Shown: one piece after another, positions 9,598-18,581 of the stretch | How positions within the stretch are numbered: position 1 is the stretch's first letter | How the letters are laid out: each line of letters begins with the position of its first letter | Source: Candidatus Rifleibacterium sp. | GTDB lineage: Bacteria > Muiribacteriota > Ozemobacteria > Ozemobacterales > Ozemobacteraceae | Assembly (NCBI GenBank): GCA_035362315.1 | Contig: DAOSDJ010000014.1 | Span: 9,419-73,418 of the forward strand | Direction of reading: 5' to 3' | DNA: 64,000 bases | The notes under the pieces: generated by a model | What the model saw: the letters and a program-made list of their open reading frames with translations, nothing else | What the model was told of the DNA's origin: nothing | The model's database searches: none | Position numbers and translations under genes: made by a program

Positions 9598-10872
9598 TTA
9601 CCGGATCAAACCATCGATGGCCTCCTGGAGGCTGAACTGCTTTTCGTATACTTTGGAGAAGTCCGGCAAAATTGCCCTGGTAAGAATGTTGTCACGGCCT
9701 TCATAATCATTTTTCATCGCTTTCAGATTCTCGACAAGGCCTGATTCGAGCGGATCGCACGCCATGACCTTGTCGAAATACTCATGAACTTCTTTAACAT
9801 CTTTGGCAAGCCTGCCCGAAGAGAGGTATTCTTTGGCTTTGGCTTCAAGTTCAGGGTTTATAGCCGGTTTAACTTCTTCCTTTTTCTCTACAGGTTTTTC
9901 GGGGTCGGCACCACAGCTGCAGCTGACCTTAAAATCGTCTTCCTTGATAAATTCGATCTTGTATTCACCCTTGTCAGGGCAAACCGGTGCCGCTTTCAGA
10001 TACTGCTTCTTAACCAGTTCTCCAATGATTTCTGCGGCAGGTTTTCCGGGTTCAAACTTCAGACCATCCATCAGCGCCATTTCAACAGCCCCCATAAGAA
10101 CCCTCTGATAAGCGACACAGCTGAGCGACTGCTCACCCACCGGCTTTGTCTCATCACCGACAGACTTCAGCAGTTCGACAACCCCCTCTGTGCTGCTGGC
10201 AAGCATATCAAGTGTTTTAACAAAATAAATTCTTTCCCAGACCAGGCTGTCTCTGGCGTTAAAAGCTGGCCTCGGCAAGGCTTTTAGATAATCAGTGATG
10301 ATTTTCTTCGCTTCTGCCTTGTAATCGCCAGCAAGAACATTTTTCATCGAATTCAGGGCAATGTGTCTGATACCGAGACCAACCATGTAACCAACCAATG
10401 GCTGGTATTTTTCAGAATCGGCACCAAACTTGAACACGTATACCAGCAATTGTGCGCCCTTTTCGTGGTCTCCCCCGGAAATTGCCTGCCAGGCACCGGC
10501 ATTCACATATCTGGCGAAAGTGCGAAGCGTTCGATATGGGGGAATGAGATCCTGGGGTTCGAAATTGCTGTCTGGCACAAAAGTGCATTCTGTGCAGGCT
10601 GCTGCCGCCCTAAGCTGGTTAAAGATGTTCTGGGAACCGGCTTCAGCCACTTTGCGCTTTAACGCGCCGGGCAACGCCGAAAATGCCTCTGCGCTACTGA
10701 TATCAGTCAGCAGTTTCACCTCATCTTCGGTAAGTTGCGGCATACGGCCCATTGCCATCAGGTAGCGCAGAGCGGCATTCGGGTCACGGTAAGGCTCTGG
10801 GAATTCAGCGAAGGCGGCAACAGAAAGAGACAGAAGCATCACAGCAGTGATCAGCATGATATTTCTAAACAT
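9598..10872 (-). CDS. secreted hypothetical protein, last gene of the ECF sigma/anti-sigma operon
   Basis: Signal peptide MFRNIMLITAVMLLSLSVAAFA. Contains SCVAYQRVLMGAVEMALMDG, a motif shared with the 6085..6774 protein. Confidence 0.6.
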   Translation of the reverse strand: MFRNIMLITAVMLLSLSVAAFAEFPEPYRDPNAALRYLMAMGRMPQLTEDEVKLLTDISSAEAFSALPGALKRKVAEAGSQNIFNQLRAAAACTECTFVPDSNFEPQDLIPPYRTLRTFARYVNAGAWQAISGGDHEKGAQLLVYVFKFGADSEKYQPLVGYMVGLGIRHIALNSMKNVLAGDYKAEAKKIITDYLKALPRPAFNARDSLVWERIYFVKTLDMLASSTEGVVELLKSVGDETKPVGEQSLSCVAYQRVLMGAVEMALMDGLKFEPGKPAAEIIGELVKKQYLKAAPVCPDKGEYKIEFIKEDDFKVSCSCGADPEKPVEKKEEVKPAINPELEAKAKEYLSSGRLAKDVKEVHEYFDKVMACDPLESGLVENLKAMKNDYEGRDNILTRAILPDFSKVYEKQFSLQEAIDGLIR

Positions 10873-10900
10873 AATGCTCTCCTTGAAATGAATTTATGAA

Positions 10901-11317
10901 TCAAATGTTGTCCAGTTCGCGCGAGGAGCCCAACATTAAAACACCTGTTTTATCTTCAGCAAAAGAAAGATTGAAATCATCGTCATAGTGGCGCAGAAGT
11001 CTGGCGACGCCGATTTTCTCGGGAAATTCGGCAGAAGCGATTACCGGCGGCGGTACCGGAACGACCTTTTCAATTACCGGAACCGGCTTTTCGCTGCCTT
11101 TAACCTTTTCAGGCACATTACTGTCGCTGATATTGCCGACAACGATAGCCAGCAGGGCCAGAATCAGCAACAGCGGCAAGGCAAATCTACCGGGCCCCGC
11201 GGGCCTGTTCCAGACGGCTTCTTTCTGCAGACGGTTGAAGACTTCGACTGACGGTTCTTCAGTCGGCCGGTGAGCTTCGAGATATTTTTCAAATTGATCC
11301 TTGTTCAGCGGTTCCAT
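10901..11317 (-). CDS. membrane-anchored anti-sigma factor (putative)
   Basis: Start MEPLNKDQFEKYLEAH... overlaps the sigma-factor stop by 13 nt. Single TM helix LPLLLILALLAIVV. Its position next to the ECF sigma supports the call. Confidence 0.5.
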   Translation of the reverse strand: MEPLNKDQFEKYLEAHRPTEEPSVEVFNRLQKEAVWNRPAGPGRFALPLLLILALLAIVVGNISDSNVPEKVKGSEKPVPVIEKVVPVPPPVIASAEFPEKIGVARLLRHYDDDFNLSFAEDKTGVLMLGSSRELDNI

Positions 11318-11826
11318 GGGATCAACTCCTTTAATCTGGCAATTGCATAACGGTACCTTGATGCCACCGTCTGCAGCGAGCACTGCTGGACTTCGGCAAT
11401 TTCTTCAAAGGTCATGTCGGTCCAGACTTTTAAAACCACGGCTTCTTTCTGCTCTTCCGGCAGGGCTGAGAGGGCCCGGCTGATGAGCATGGCATCTTCG
11501 ACCTGATTCTCATGCCCATGACTGGCCGGCTCAACTGTCACCGACTGTTCGCGCGGCTGCGCCCGTTTTTTCAGCGCCGCATTTCTGGCGCTGGTGAACA
11601 GGTAGGCTGTCGGGTTTTCGACAGTGGCGAATTTCTGCGGGTTCTGCACCCATGGCAGAAAGACGTTGTGCAGTATGTCTTCAGCCTCTTCACGCGACAG
11701 CGTGAATGAGTTGCGCAGATAGCGAAAAACCGGGGCCGAAAACGCCTGATAGATCAGGGCAAAACCCTTTTCCGGGTTCTGCCGGTAGATTTCGAGCATT
11801 TCGGTTATCTGGTTGTGGTTTTTCAT
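11305..11826 (-). CDS. ECF-type RNA polymerase sigma-70 family sigma factor
   Basis: Sigma region 2 (FRYLRNSFTLSREEAEDILHNVFL) and region 4 HTH (FEEIAEVQQCSLQTVASRYRYAIARLKE). Confidence 0.8.
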   Translation of the reverse strand: MKNHNQITEMLEIYRQNPEKGFALIYQAFSAPVFRYLRNSFTLSREEAEDILHNVFLPWVQNPQKFATVENPTAYLFTSARNAALKKRAQPREQSVTVEPASHGHENQVEDAMLISRALSALPEEQKEAVVLKVWTDMTFEEIAEVQQCSLQTVASRYRYAIARLKELIPWNR

Positions 11827-12000
11827 GGTTTCACAAATCAAGAGTCAAGTTTCGCACAGATTTATTTAAAAATTTTAAAATTCTTCATTTAATTAATTTT
11901 CGGGCAAGCAGCTTGAATTAATGGGCACTTTGTGGTTATGCTGCTTTCACAGGAGTCTGTTTTTCGGGTAAAAACTGAACCCGAAAGAAAGGGGAAAATA

Positions 12001-12804
12001 ATGACTTCAAAATCTCTCTTCAGAAGTATCGTATTGTTAACTGCCTTTGTACTGGTCTTGTCTTCGGCTTATGCCATGATCGGCCGTAACATCTGCGGCA
12101 AGTGCAACTGGATCAACAAAGCTGAAACCATTCTCTGCGAAAACTGCCAGAACCCGCTCAACCACTGCCTCAAATGCGGTCACGACAACATGGCCAAGGC
12201 TGACTACTGCGCCAACTGTTCTATGCCGCTTGCCGAAATGCGTGTGCTCGCCACTATCGCACCCGAAGTAAGAACCCAGCTCAAGCTCGGTGAATCTCCG
12301 CGGGCCGTTGCCGACCTCGAAATCAAGCGCCTTGAATACCTGCTGCAGACCGACGCTGAAAACGCCGAAAAGCACCTGTTCAACCTCGCCATGACCCACA
12401 AACGCATTGATTTCTATTCACGCGAATCTGCTCTCTGGCTCGATTTCCTGCAGAAGTATCCGAATTCGGAAAAAGCCGCCGAAGCCAAAGTTAACGGTTC
12501 AGACTCTCTGCGCAAATGGAGCTACCTGCTTTACTCTCAGGGCTCATACGCCCGCGCCGTCGAACTTCTCAACGAATCGCTGCGCCTCAACCCCGCCAAC
12601 AAAGAAGCCCAGAAGTGGCTTAAAATCGCCCGCGGCGGTATGAAGAAGAGTGGCCAGACTGCTGTTGCAAAACCTCAGGCTGTCGAAGCCACCGAAGCCG
12701 CGCCGCAGATGGAAGAAGCCCAGCCGGCCCCAAAAACTGAAGCAACCCCGGCAGTAGAAGCCGCTCCAGCAACTGAAGCCGCACCACAGACCGGTAATCC
12801 ATAA
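12001..12804 (+). CDS. membrane-anchored double zinc-ribbon protein with TPR-like C-terminal region
   Basis: RBS aaagggg. TM/signal LFRSIVLLTAFVLVLSSAYA. Cys pairs CGKC...CENC...CLKC...CANC. Helical repeats follow. Confidence 0.6.
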   Translation: MTSKSLFRSIVLLTAFVLVLSSAYAMIGRNICGKCNWINKAETILCENCQNPLNHCLKCGHDNMAKADYCANCSMPLAEMRVLATIAPEVRTQLKLGESPRAVADLEIKRLEYLLQTDAENAEKHLFNLAMTHKRIDFYSRESALWLDFLQKYPNSEKAAEAKVNGSDSLRKWSYLLYSQGSYARAVELLNESLRLNPANKEAQKWLKIARGGMKKSGQTAVAKPQAVEATEAAPQMEEAQPAPKTEATPAVEAAPATEAAPQTGNP

Positions 12805-12832
12805 AACCAATCACCAACGTCTGACAAAACAA

Positions 12833-12875
12833 ATCAGCTCCGCTCGCCACAAGGCAAACGGAGCTGATTTTTTTC
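12833..12875 (+). terminator. rho-independent terminator between convergent genes
   Basis: atcagctccg - 16 nt loop - cggagctgat followed by a T7 run. Lies between the 12804 stop (+) and the 12924 stop (-). Confidence 0.7.
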
Positions 12876-12923
12876 CCCGGTTTTTTGTCCCATCCAGCCG
12901 GGGCCAGAATATTTGTCCTTACT

Positions 12924-13835
12924 TTACAGACGCAGTTTTTTAACCAGGACCCCGGGTTCGTTTCCGGGGGCTTTTTCGGCAAGCAGAATACTGCCATCGG
13001 GCGAGAGGCGACAGAAGCGCTGCATTTCAAGCCCGGACGGGCCGCTAATCTTCTTTTCAGCCAGAGTTTTGCCTTCGGCACTGACCGCATAGAGGGTAAA
13101 TTCACTGTCGAGTTCGCCACTGCCGGTGATTACAAGAAAAATACTGCGTTTCTGGTCATCACAGCCCAGAAACTCAACCGACTTCAGCACTCGCGGTAAC
13201 GCAGGCAATGGCGCTTTCCAGAAAATGCCGCCAGCCTGATGAATGACCACGCTGCCGACTGTCGAGCTGGCAGCCTCCGGCACCGGCGGCGGTATAATAA
13301 ATGGTTCCCCGCTCATGCCACAAAGCAGCGAAGCATGATTTGCCAGTTTTACCACCGGTTTTTCGTTTTCGAGAACCAGAGTATTGCCATCGGCATCACG
13401 GATGGCAAAACCGCTGCCGCGGCGATCGAGATTGAGGAGATTCAGGGCCGCCGCCTCAGGGTCCGAGGCTCTGACGATCTGGTATTCAGCCGGCTTTTCA
13501 AGATCGAGCACAAAAATCACCGGAAAAGCAAAACCGCAGAACCAGGCATTGTTGCCATCAACAACGAGGTCGCAGAAACGATCATCGGGCTTGGATTCAA
13601 CAACCGGAGGCAGAGTCAGTGCACTGCTGGCTCCGTCAGGAGCAAGGCGCACCAGCTGATGATCAGTGCCCAGAAGAAACACCGAACCATCACTCCGGCC
13701 AGCCAGTGAAAGAAAACTTCCCGGCACCAAAACACCGGCATCAAAAGCTGTCGCGGCGGCCGCGGCAGGTTCAGCGGCCGTTGTTGCAGAAAAAGGCATA
13801 AACAAAGCAAGTGCCATAATCATAAACTTGATCAT
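12924..13835 (-). CDS. secreted hypothetical protein (possible beta-propeller)
   Basis: Start MIKFMIMALALFMPFSATTAAEP with RBS ggag 7 nt upstream. Repetitive Gly/Asp-containing segments. Confidence 0.55.
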   Translation of the reverse strand: MIKFMIMALALFMPFSATTAAEPAAAAATAFDAGVLVPGSFLSLAGRSDGSVFLLGTDHQLVRLAPDGASSALTLPPVVESKPDDRFCDLVVDGNNAWFCGFAFPVIFVLDLEKPAEYQIVRASDPEAAALNLLNLDRRGSGFAIRDADGNTLVLENEKPVVKLANHASLLCGMSGEPFIIPPPVPEAASSTVGSVVIHQAGGIFWKAPLPALPRVLKSVEFLGCDDQKRSIFLVITGSGELDSEFTLYAVSAEGKTLAEKKISGPSGLEMQRFCRLSPDGSILLAEKAPGNEPGVLVKKLRL

Positions 13836-13852
13836 ATTTTTACTCCACGCCG

Positions 13853-15160
13853 TCAATTCAGGGTCATGGCTGCGTGATAACAGCCACCGCCGTTCCACCA
13901 GGCCGAGAAGCTGTCAAACGACCTGACCTGCGGCACCGGGTCTTTGGCGGGATCATTATAATAAATATTGCCGCTGTCATCCACACCGGTAATAACGACA
14001 TAGTGGTTGTAGACGTTGGCAATAACCGGCTTGCCGGCCTTTATCTGCTCGCGCACCCACGACAAACCAACGCTGTAATGCCATTTTGCATTCGGGAAAC
14101 CATTGGCCCTGGCCCCGGTGAGCATACCAGCATGCGAAGTGCCCGCTGCGCCGGTCGAGCCACAGGTATTCCAGAGCGTAGAGGCCAGAGCGCCGGCATT
14201 CTGCTTGTTGTGATAGGCAAGAGCCATGCCGAGAGAAGTTGGACCACAGGCAGACCACGGGTATGGGCATTTAACATAACCCTGGCACTGCTGCGGCACG
14301 GGCAGAACGACCTTGCCATTGGCACCGGCAGCCGGGGTCACCGGAGTAGTGGTGCCAGAAGAAGGCTTAGAAGAAGAAACATAGCTGGCATGGCAATAAA
14401 CGATGCGCCCGTTCCAGCTGACTCTGTACCAGTCACCTTCTTTGCCGACGATATCGATCTTCGTGCCATAATTGAAAGTGGTGAGAATCGAGCCCCACGG
14501 GGCACTTCTGACATTGAGAACATCGGCAGTGACATAACCAGCCGAGGTGGCAGGAGTGCTGGCAGGCTGAGCCGGCGCAGTCGAAGAAGCACTGTCGGCG
14601 TTGATATAGGCCGAATGGCAATAGCCAACCGCGCCATTATAACTGACCCGGTACCATTCACCTTCCTGGCCAAGAATAGAGACTCTGGCACCGTTGGCGA
14701 ATGAACCGACGATGCTTCCCCACGGGCCGGTGCGAACATTCAGGCCCGGCACAGCGTTGACAGTACCACCGCGGGCAGCTGATGCCGCCGGCGTCGAGCT
14801 CTGAGTTATATATGCTGAATGGCAATAACCAACCGTGCCATTATAACTGACTTTGTACCATTCGCCCTCCTGGCCGATTACGGTCACGCTGGCGCCATTT
14901 CCGAATGAGCCGATGATCGCCCCCCACGGGCCATTACGAATATTGAGGCCAGGTATGGCCCTGACTGTACCACTGAAGGAACCACCCATGCCTGATGGAG
15001 CAGTAGAAGCTTCGGGCTGGCTTTTTGCCGGGTCAGAGATGACGACGGAACTCTGTCCGAAGACATCTGCAGCCGTCTGGGCTTTCAGCAGGTCCGATCC
15101 TGCGAAAACAAACAGGGGCAGCAACAGTAAAACAAAGACAAAATAATTTATGGGTTTCAT
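13853..15160 (-). CDS. secreted protein with three tandem SH3b domains and a C-terminal C39-like (papain-fold) peptidase domain
   Basis: RBS ggagg. Signal peptide MKPINYFVFVLLLLPLFVFA. Three repeats of GLNxRxGPWGxIxGSFxNGxxVxxxGQEGEWYxVSYNG. The C-terminus CGPTSLGMALAYH...H resembles the Peptidase_C39-like fold. Confidence 0.65.
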   Translation of the reverse strand: MKPINYFVFVLLLLPLFVFAGSDLLKAQTAADVFGQSSVVISDPAKSQPEASTAPSGMGGSFSGTVRAIPGLNIRNGPWGAIIGSFGNGASVTVIGQEGEWYKVSYNGTVGYCHSAYITQSSTPAASAARGGTVNAVPGLNVRTGPWGSIVGSFANGARVSILGQEGEWYRVSYNGAVGYCHSAYINADSASSTAPAQPASTPATSAGYVTADVLNVRSAPWGSILTTFNYGTKIDIVGKEGDWYRVSWNGRIVYCHASYVSSSKPSSGTTTPVTPAAGANGKVVLPVPQQCQGYVKCPYPWSACGPTSLGMALAYHNKQNAGALASTLWNTCGSTGAAGTSHAGMLTGARANGFPNAKWHYSVGLSWVREQIKAGKPVIANVYNHYVVITGVDDSGNIYYNDPAKDPVPQVRSFDSFSAWWNGGGCYHAAMTLN

Positions 15161-15359
15161 TCCGGTTTCCTCCAGAGAAACGATTGATAACACAATCGGC
15201 TATATATCTAATACCGCAAAAAACATGAAAAGTTCTCCGCCAGGATGTATTTTTTCAAAACCATGCCGCTTTGCGTTTTATTTTTTTGCAATCCAGCATT
15301 ACAAAACCAGCATTAAAAGCCAATAGCATTGATTCTAGAAAATATTTTTTAAATTTTTA

Positions 15360-15388
15360 TTGACACATTGCAGCAAGATTGTTAATAT
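15360..15388 (+). promoter_or_regulatory. sigma70-type promoter for phasin-like gene copy 1
   Basis: TTGACA - 17 nt (cattgcagcaagattgt) - TAATAT. A near-identical promoter precedes copy 2. Confidence 0.55.
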
Positions 15389-15456
15389 AAATTCATAACG
15401 CAGCGATCAATCAAACCAAAAGTTCGAAATCAATACTTCAAACAGGAGTTTCTAAA

Positions 15457-15783
15457 ATGACTAACAACACTAACAAATGGATGGAATTCTCAAACGAATA
15501 CGCTCAGCTCATGAACGAAAATTTTCAGGTCATGAACAAATTCTGGAACGCCACCATGGAACAGACCACCGGCTACACCAGAAAGAACATGGAACTGTTC
15601 TTCGACCACATGAACCGCAACGTAGAAGTCATGCACGAAATCTACAACAACACCATCCAGGGCAATGACGAACTGAAAGCCATCTACAAAGCCAACATCG
15701 AAAAATTCAACACCCGCTTTCAGAAAATTTATGAAGAAACCATGAAGAATATCGCTCCGAAGACCCAGAACGCCGGTCAGTAA
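15457..15783 (+). CDS. small helical phasin-like protein, paralog 1 (108 aa)
   Basis: RBS caggag. About 85% identical to the 18582..18908 product. All-helical composition reminiscent of the phasin family. Confidence 0.6.
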   Translation: MTNNTNKWMEFSNEYAQLMNENFQVMNKFWNATMEQTTGYTRKNMELFFDHMNRNVEVMHEIYNNTIQGNDELKAIYKANIEKFNTRFQKIYEETMKNIAPKTQNAGQ

Positions 15784-15979
15784 GAGTTTCGATAAACTAA
15801 GTTCCAATCAACTCCAGTGCGGGGGCCCGTGTCAGTGACACGGGCCCCTGATTTTTATTTCCGACACTTACGGCCGCTGCCAATTTCTGCGACGCAACAA
15901 TCAGCAGGTAAATTTTCCGGTTGAAAAAGCACAGATTCCTGAATAACTTTGAAGATACAGTTAAAATAGAGGCGAATAC

Positions 15980-17353
15980 ATGAAAAAGCTGCTTCTGGGT
16001 CTGCTGCTTCTCGTCGCCGGGTCATGCCCCGGCGCCATTCCACACCCGCGCGACTACGACTGGGGCACAATAACCGTTCCCGAGAATTATTCGTATGCCG
16101 GCAGCCAGAAAATCAGCATCTACTGGGAAAAACTCAAAGCCACCGGTGCCGCACCTGAAGCGATCGTCATGATCAATGGCGGCCCCGGCATGCCGCACGA
16201 CAGCTTTCATCAACCCGCAGGCACCGGCTATAACCGCGACTGGTTCTCGGCTCTGCGCACCCATTTCGACGTTTACTACTTCGACCAGCGTGGTACCGGC
16301 AATTCAGCCGGCCTCAGCTACACCAACCTCAGCACCCGCAATTACCGCACCTACGGCACCCCCGATATCTGCCGCGACATCGAAGAACTGCGCAAAAACG
16401 TCATCAAAAAGAAGCAGATCGCGGTGCTCGGCGAATCTTACGGCGGCGCGGTAGCGCTGACCTATGCAATCATGTATCCGGCCAATGTTTCGAAGCTGAT
16501 AATCCATGATTCGACCCCAAGCAACGCCTATTTCACCAACATGCACATCAACATGTCGAATGGCCTGACCGCACTCGAAGAGGTGCTGCCCGGAGTCGAA
16601 GAGAACATGCTCAGCTGCATCGAAAAATTCGACAACGGCGAAGTATCCAACGCCTACGGCTACAACCTGACCTCAAACGACTTTCTTACACTCTGCCTGC
16701 CTTATACCTATTCGCTGAGGGGCCAGATTGCCATGGCGACGATGGCGCTGCAGATCGCACAGAATGGCCAGTCAGACATTCTCGACGCCATTCTCGCCCC
16801 GGCCAGGGAAATGGCCGCCCGGGCCGCCTACAGTTCTCTGCCGGTGTCAATCGTGCTGGTGCAGGGCATTGAAATGCTCGACCAGCGAGCCATCAGCTCA
16901 GCCGCTGACAGCTCGCCCTGGACCAAAGCCTGGGCCAGCGAACGCATTTTTCAGCCCAGACTGGCATTCATGAAAGATTACAACATCACGCATTTTTCAG
17001 GGTTCAACGTCATCAGCCGACTTGGACAGATCAAAGCACCGACACTCGTGGTTGTCGGCGAAACCGATTTTATCTGCCCGCCAGAATATGCCGAAGTCAT
17101 GTATGAAGGCATACCCGATTGTCGCCTGCTTAAGGTCAAAAATGCCGCCCATGGCGGCTTTATCGAGCAGAACACTTTTGTTGTCGGAAAAATCCGCAAT
17201 TTCCTGCTCAATCATTACCCTGAAGAAGACGAGCGCATCACGCCGGTTGAAGAATTGCGCAGCCGCAGCCCCGAAGAAGCGGTTCAGATATGGCTTGACG
17301 GCGTAACACGTCTCGGTCTGACCGACGACTTTCTCAAAGAAACTCTTAAATAA
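15980..17353 (+). CDS. secreted alpha/beta hydrolase (prolyl aminopeptidase-like, S33 family)
   Basis: Signal peptide MKKLLLGLLLLVAGSCPGA. Nucleophile elbow VLGESYGGAVAL (GxSxG). HGG-like oxyanion region INGGPGMP. Confidence 0.8.
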   Translation: MKKLLLGLLLLVAGSCPGAIPHPRDYDWGTITVPENYSYAGSQKISIYWEKLKATGAAPEAIVMINGGPGMPHDSFHQPAGTGYNRDWFSALRTHFDVYYFDQRGTGNSAGLSYTNLSTRNYRTYGTPDICRDIEELRKNVIKKKQIAVLGESYGGAVALTYAIMYPANVSKLIIHDSTPSNAYFTNMHINMSNGLTALEEVLPGVEENMLSCIEKFDNGEVSNAYGYNLTSNDFLTLCLPYTYSLRGQIAMATMALQIAQNGQSDILDAILAPAREMAARAAYSSLPVSIVLVQGIEMLDQRAISSAADSSPWTKAWASERIFQPRLAFMKDYNITHFSGFNVISRLGQIKAPTLVVVGETDFICPPEYAEVMYEGIPDCRLLKVKNAAHGGFIEQNTFVVGKIRNFLLNHYPEEDERITPVEELRSRSPEEAVQIWLDGVTRLGLTDDFLKETLK

Positions 17354-17406
17354 ACCCTGTCGAAAAGGCTTCTGGTATCGCCGCAAAAAACACTTGCAAT
17401 CTGATT

Positions 17407-17445
17407 CTTTTTTAGTATCATTTAAATTAAATGATACTAAAAAAG
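17407..17445. promoter_or_regulatory. 39-bp near-perfect palindrome (putative Rrf2/NsrR-like operator) overlapping the RBS of the RIC gene
   Basis: cttttt TAGTATCATTTAA a TTAAATGATACTA aaaaag. It is symmetric about position 17426. Confidence 0.5.
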
Positions 17446-17453
17446 GAGCGTTT

Positions 17454-18188
17454 ATGTTTAACCTGAATCAATCGGTCGGCGAAATTGTGGCCGTCAACCC
17501 CTCTCTCTGGAAACTTTTTGAACATTACCACATCGATTATTGCTGCCATGGCGACAAGCCTCTTGCTGAAGCCTGCCGTGAAAAAGGCCTCGACCCTGAA
17601 GCCGTTCTCAGTGAGATAGAAAACCTGCCGACAGGCAAAGATCAGGTACAGACAGAACTCCTGAAGATGACACTTACCGAACTGGCCAATCATATAGAGC
17701 AAACGCATCACGTCTATCTGTATCGCGAGCTTTCTGAGCTGATCAGTCTTGCCGGACGCGTGACAGCAACCCATGCAGCAAGAGATACCCGCCTGCATCA
17801 GGTTCTGCAGGGAGTGACACTGCTGCAGTCCGAACTGATGAATCATCTGGCCAAGGAAGAGCAGATTCTTTTCCCGATGATTCGAGAGCTCGAGGCCAGC
17901 AATTCCTTACCATCTTTTCATTGCGGTTCGGTAGGCAACCCGATCAGACAGATGCTGACTGAACATGATGATGCCAGCGAACTGCTGCAGAAACTGCGCC
18001 GTCTCACCGATGGCTATCAGTCGCCAGAATGGGCCTGCAGAAGCATGCAGACCCTTTTTACCCAGCTGCAGAATCTCGAACACGACCTGCATCGCCACAT
18101 TCACAAGGAAAACACCATACTTTTCCCGGCAGCCATCGCCCTCGAAGAACAAAAAAGAACCGGAAAAACCTGCGCAACAAACTGCTGA
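17454..18188 (+). CDS. ytfE: iron-sulfur cluster repair di-iron protein (RIC/YtfE/ScdA family)
   Basis: RBS aaggag. N-terminal ScdA_N motif HYHIDYCCHGDKPLAEAC. Hemerythrin-like H/E-rich C-terminal region (HHVYLYRE, HLAKEEQILFP, HDLHRHIHKENTILFP). Confidence 0.8.
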   Translation: MFNLNQSVGEIVAVNPSLWKLFEHYHIDYCCHGDKPLAEACREKGLDPEAVLSEIENLPTGKDQVQTELLKMTLTELANHIEQTHHVYLYRELSELISLAGRVTATHAARDTRLHQVLQGVTLLQSELMNHLAKEEQILFPMIRELEASNSLPSFHCGSVGNPIRQMLTEHDDASELLQKLRRLTDGYQSPEWACRSMQTLFTQLQNLEHDLHRHIHKENTILFPAAIALEEQKRTGKTCATNC

Positions 18189-18493
18189 ACTCTGTACAAA
18201 CAAAGCTCAACCTATCCGCCGGCAACGGCTCGCAAATTGGATTTGATTGCTTTGTCTCCATCCATTGGCCTGCCAAACTTGATGCAGATTGTCTGTCATT
18301 TCGTCGCCGGCCGCCCCTCCGGGGCATAAACGCAGAAATGACAGAGGACTATGCAATTCTTGTGTAACAGATGACTACCCCGCTGCTCTTGTAATTTGGC
18401 CTGCGCCCCGCGATGGCAACAGCCAGAAAAAGGTTGTCAGAACTCCTGTCAGGCAATGGTTTTTGCACTGCCAAAAAAATAAAATCTTTTTTC

Positions 18494-18522
18494 TTGACGC
18501 ATTGCAGCATTTTTGTTATATT
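18494..18522 (+). promoter_or_regulatory. sigma70-type promoter for phasin-like gene copy 2
   Basis: TTGACG - 17 nt (cattgcagcatttttgt) - TATATT. Duplicate of the copy-1 promoter. Confidence 0.55.
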
Positions 18523-18581
18523 TATTTTGCAACGCAGCGATGCGGAAAATCTGAAATCAATACTTCAACAGGAGTTTTAAA

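Noticed and set aside
16022-16546. Several 80-92 aa ORFs on both strands inside the alpha/beta hydrolase gene
   Set aside because: They are embedded in a gene with clear GxSxG hydrolase motifs, and they are Ala/Gly/Arg-rich and lack starts with an RBS.
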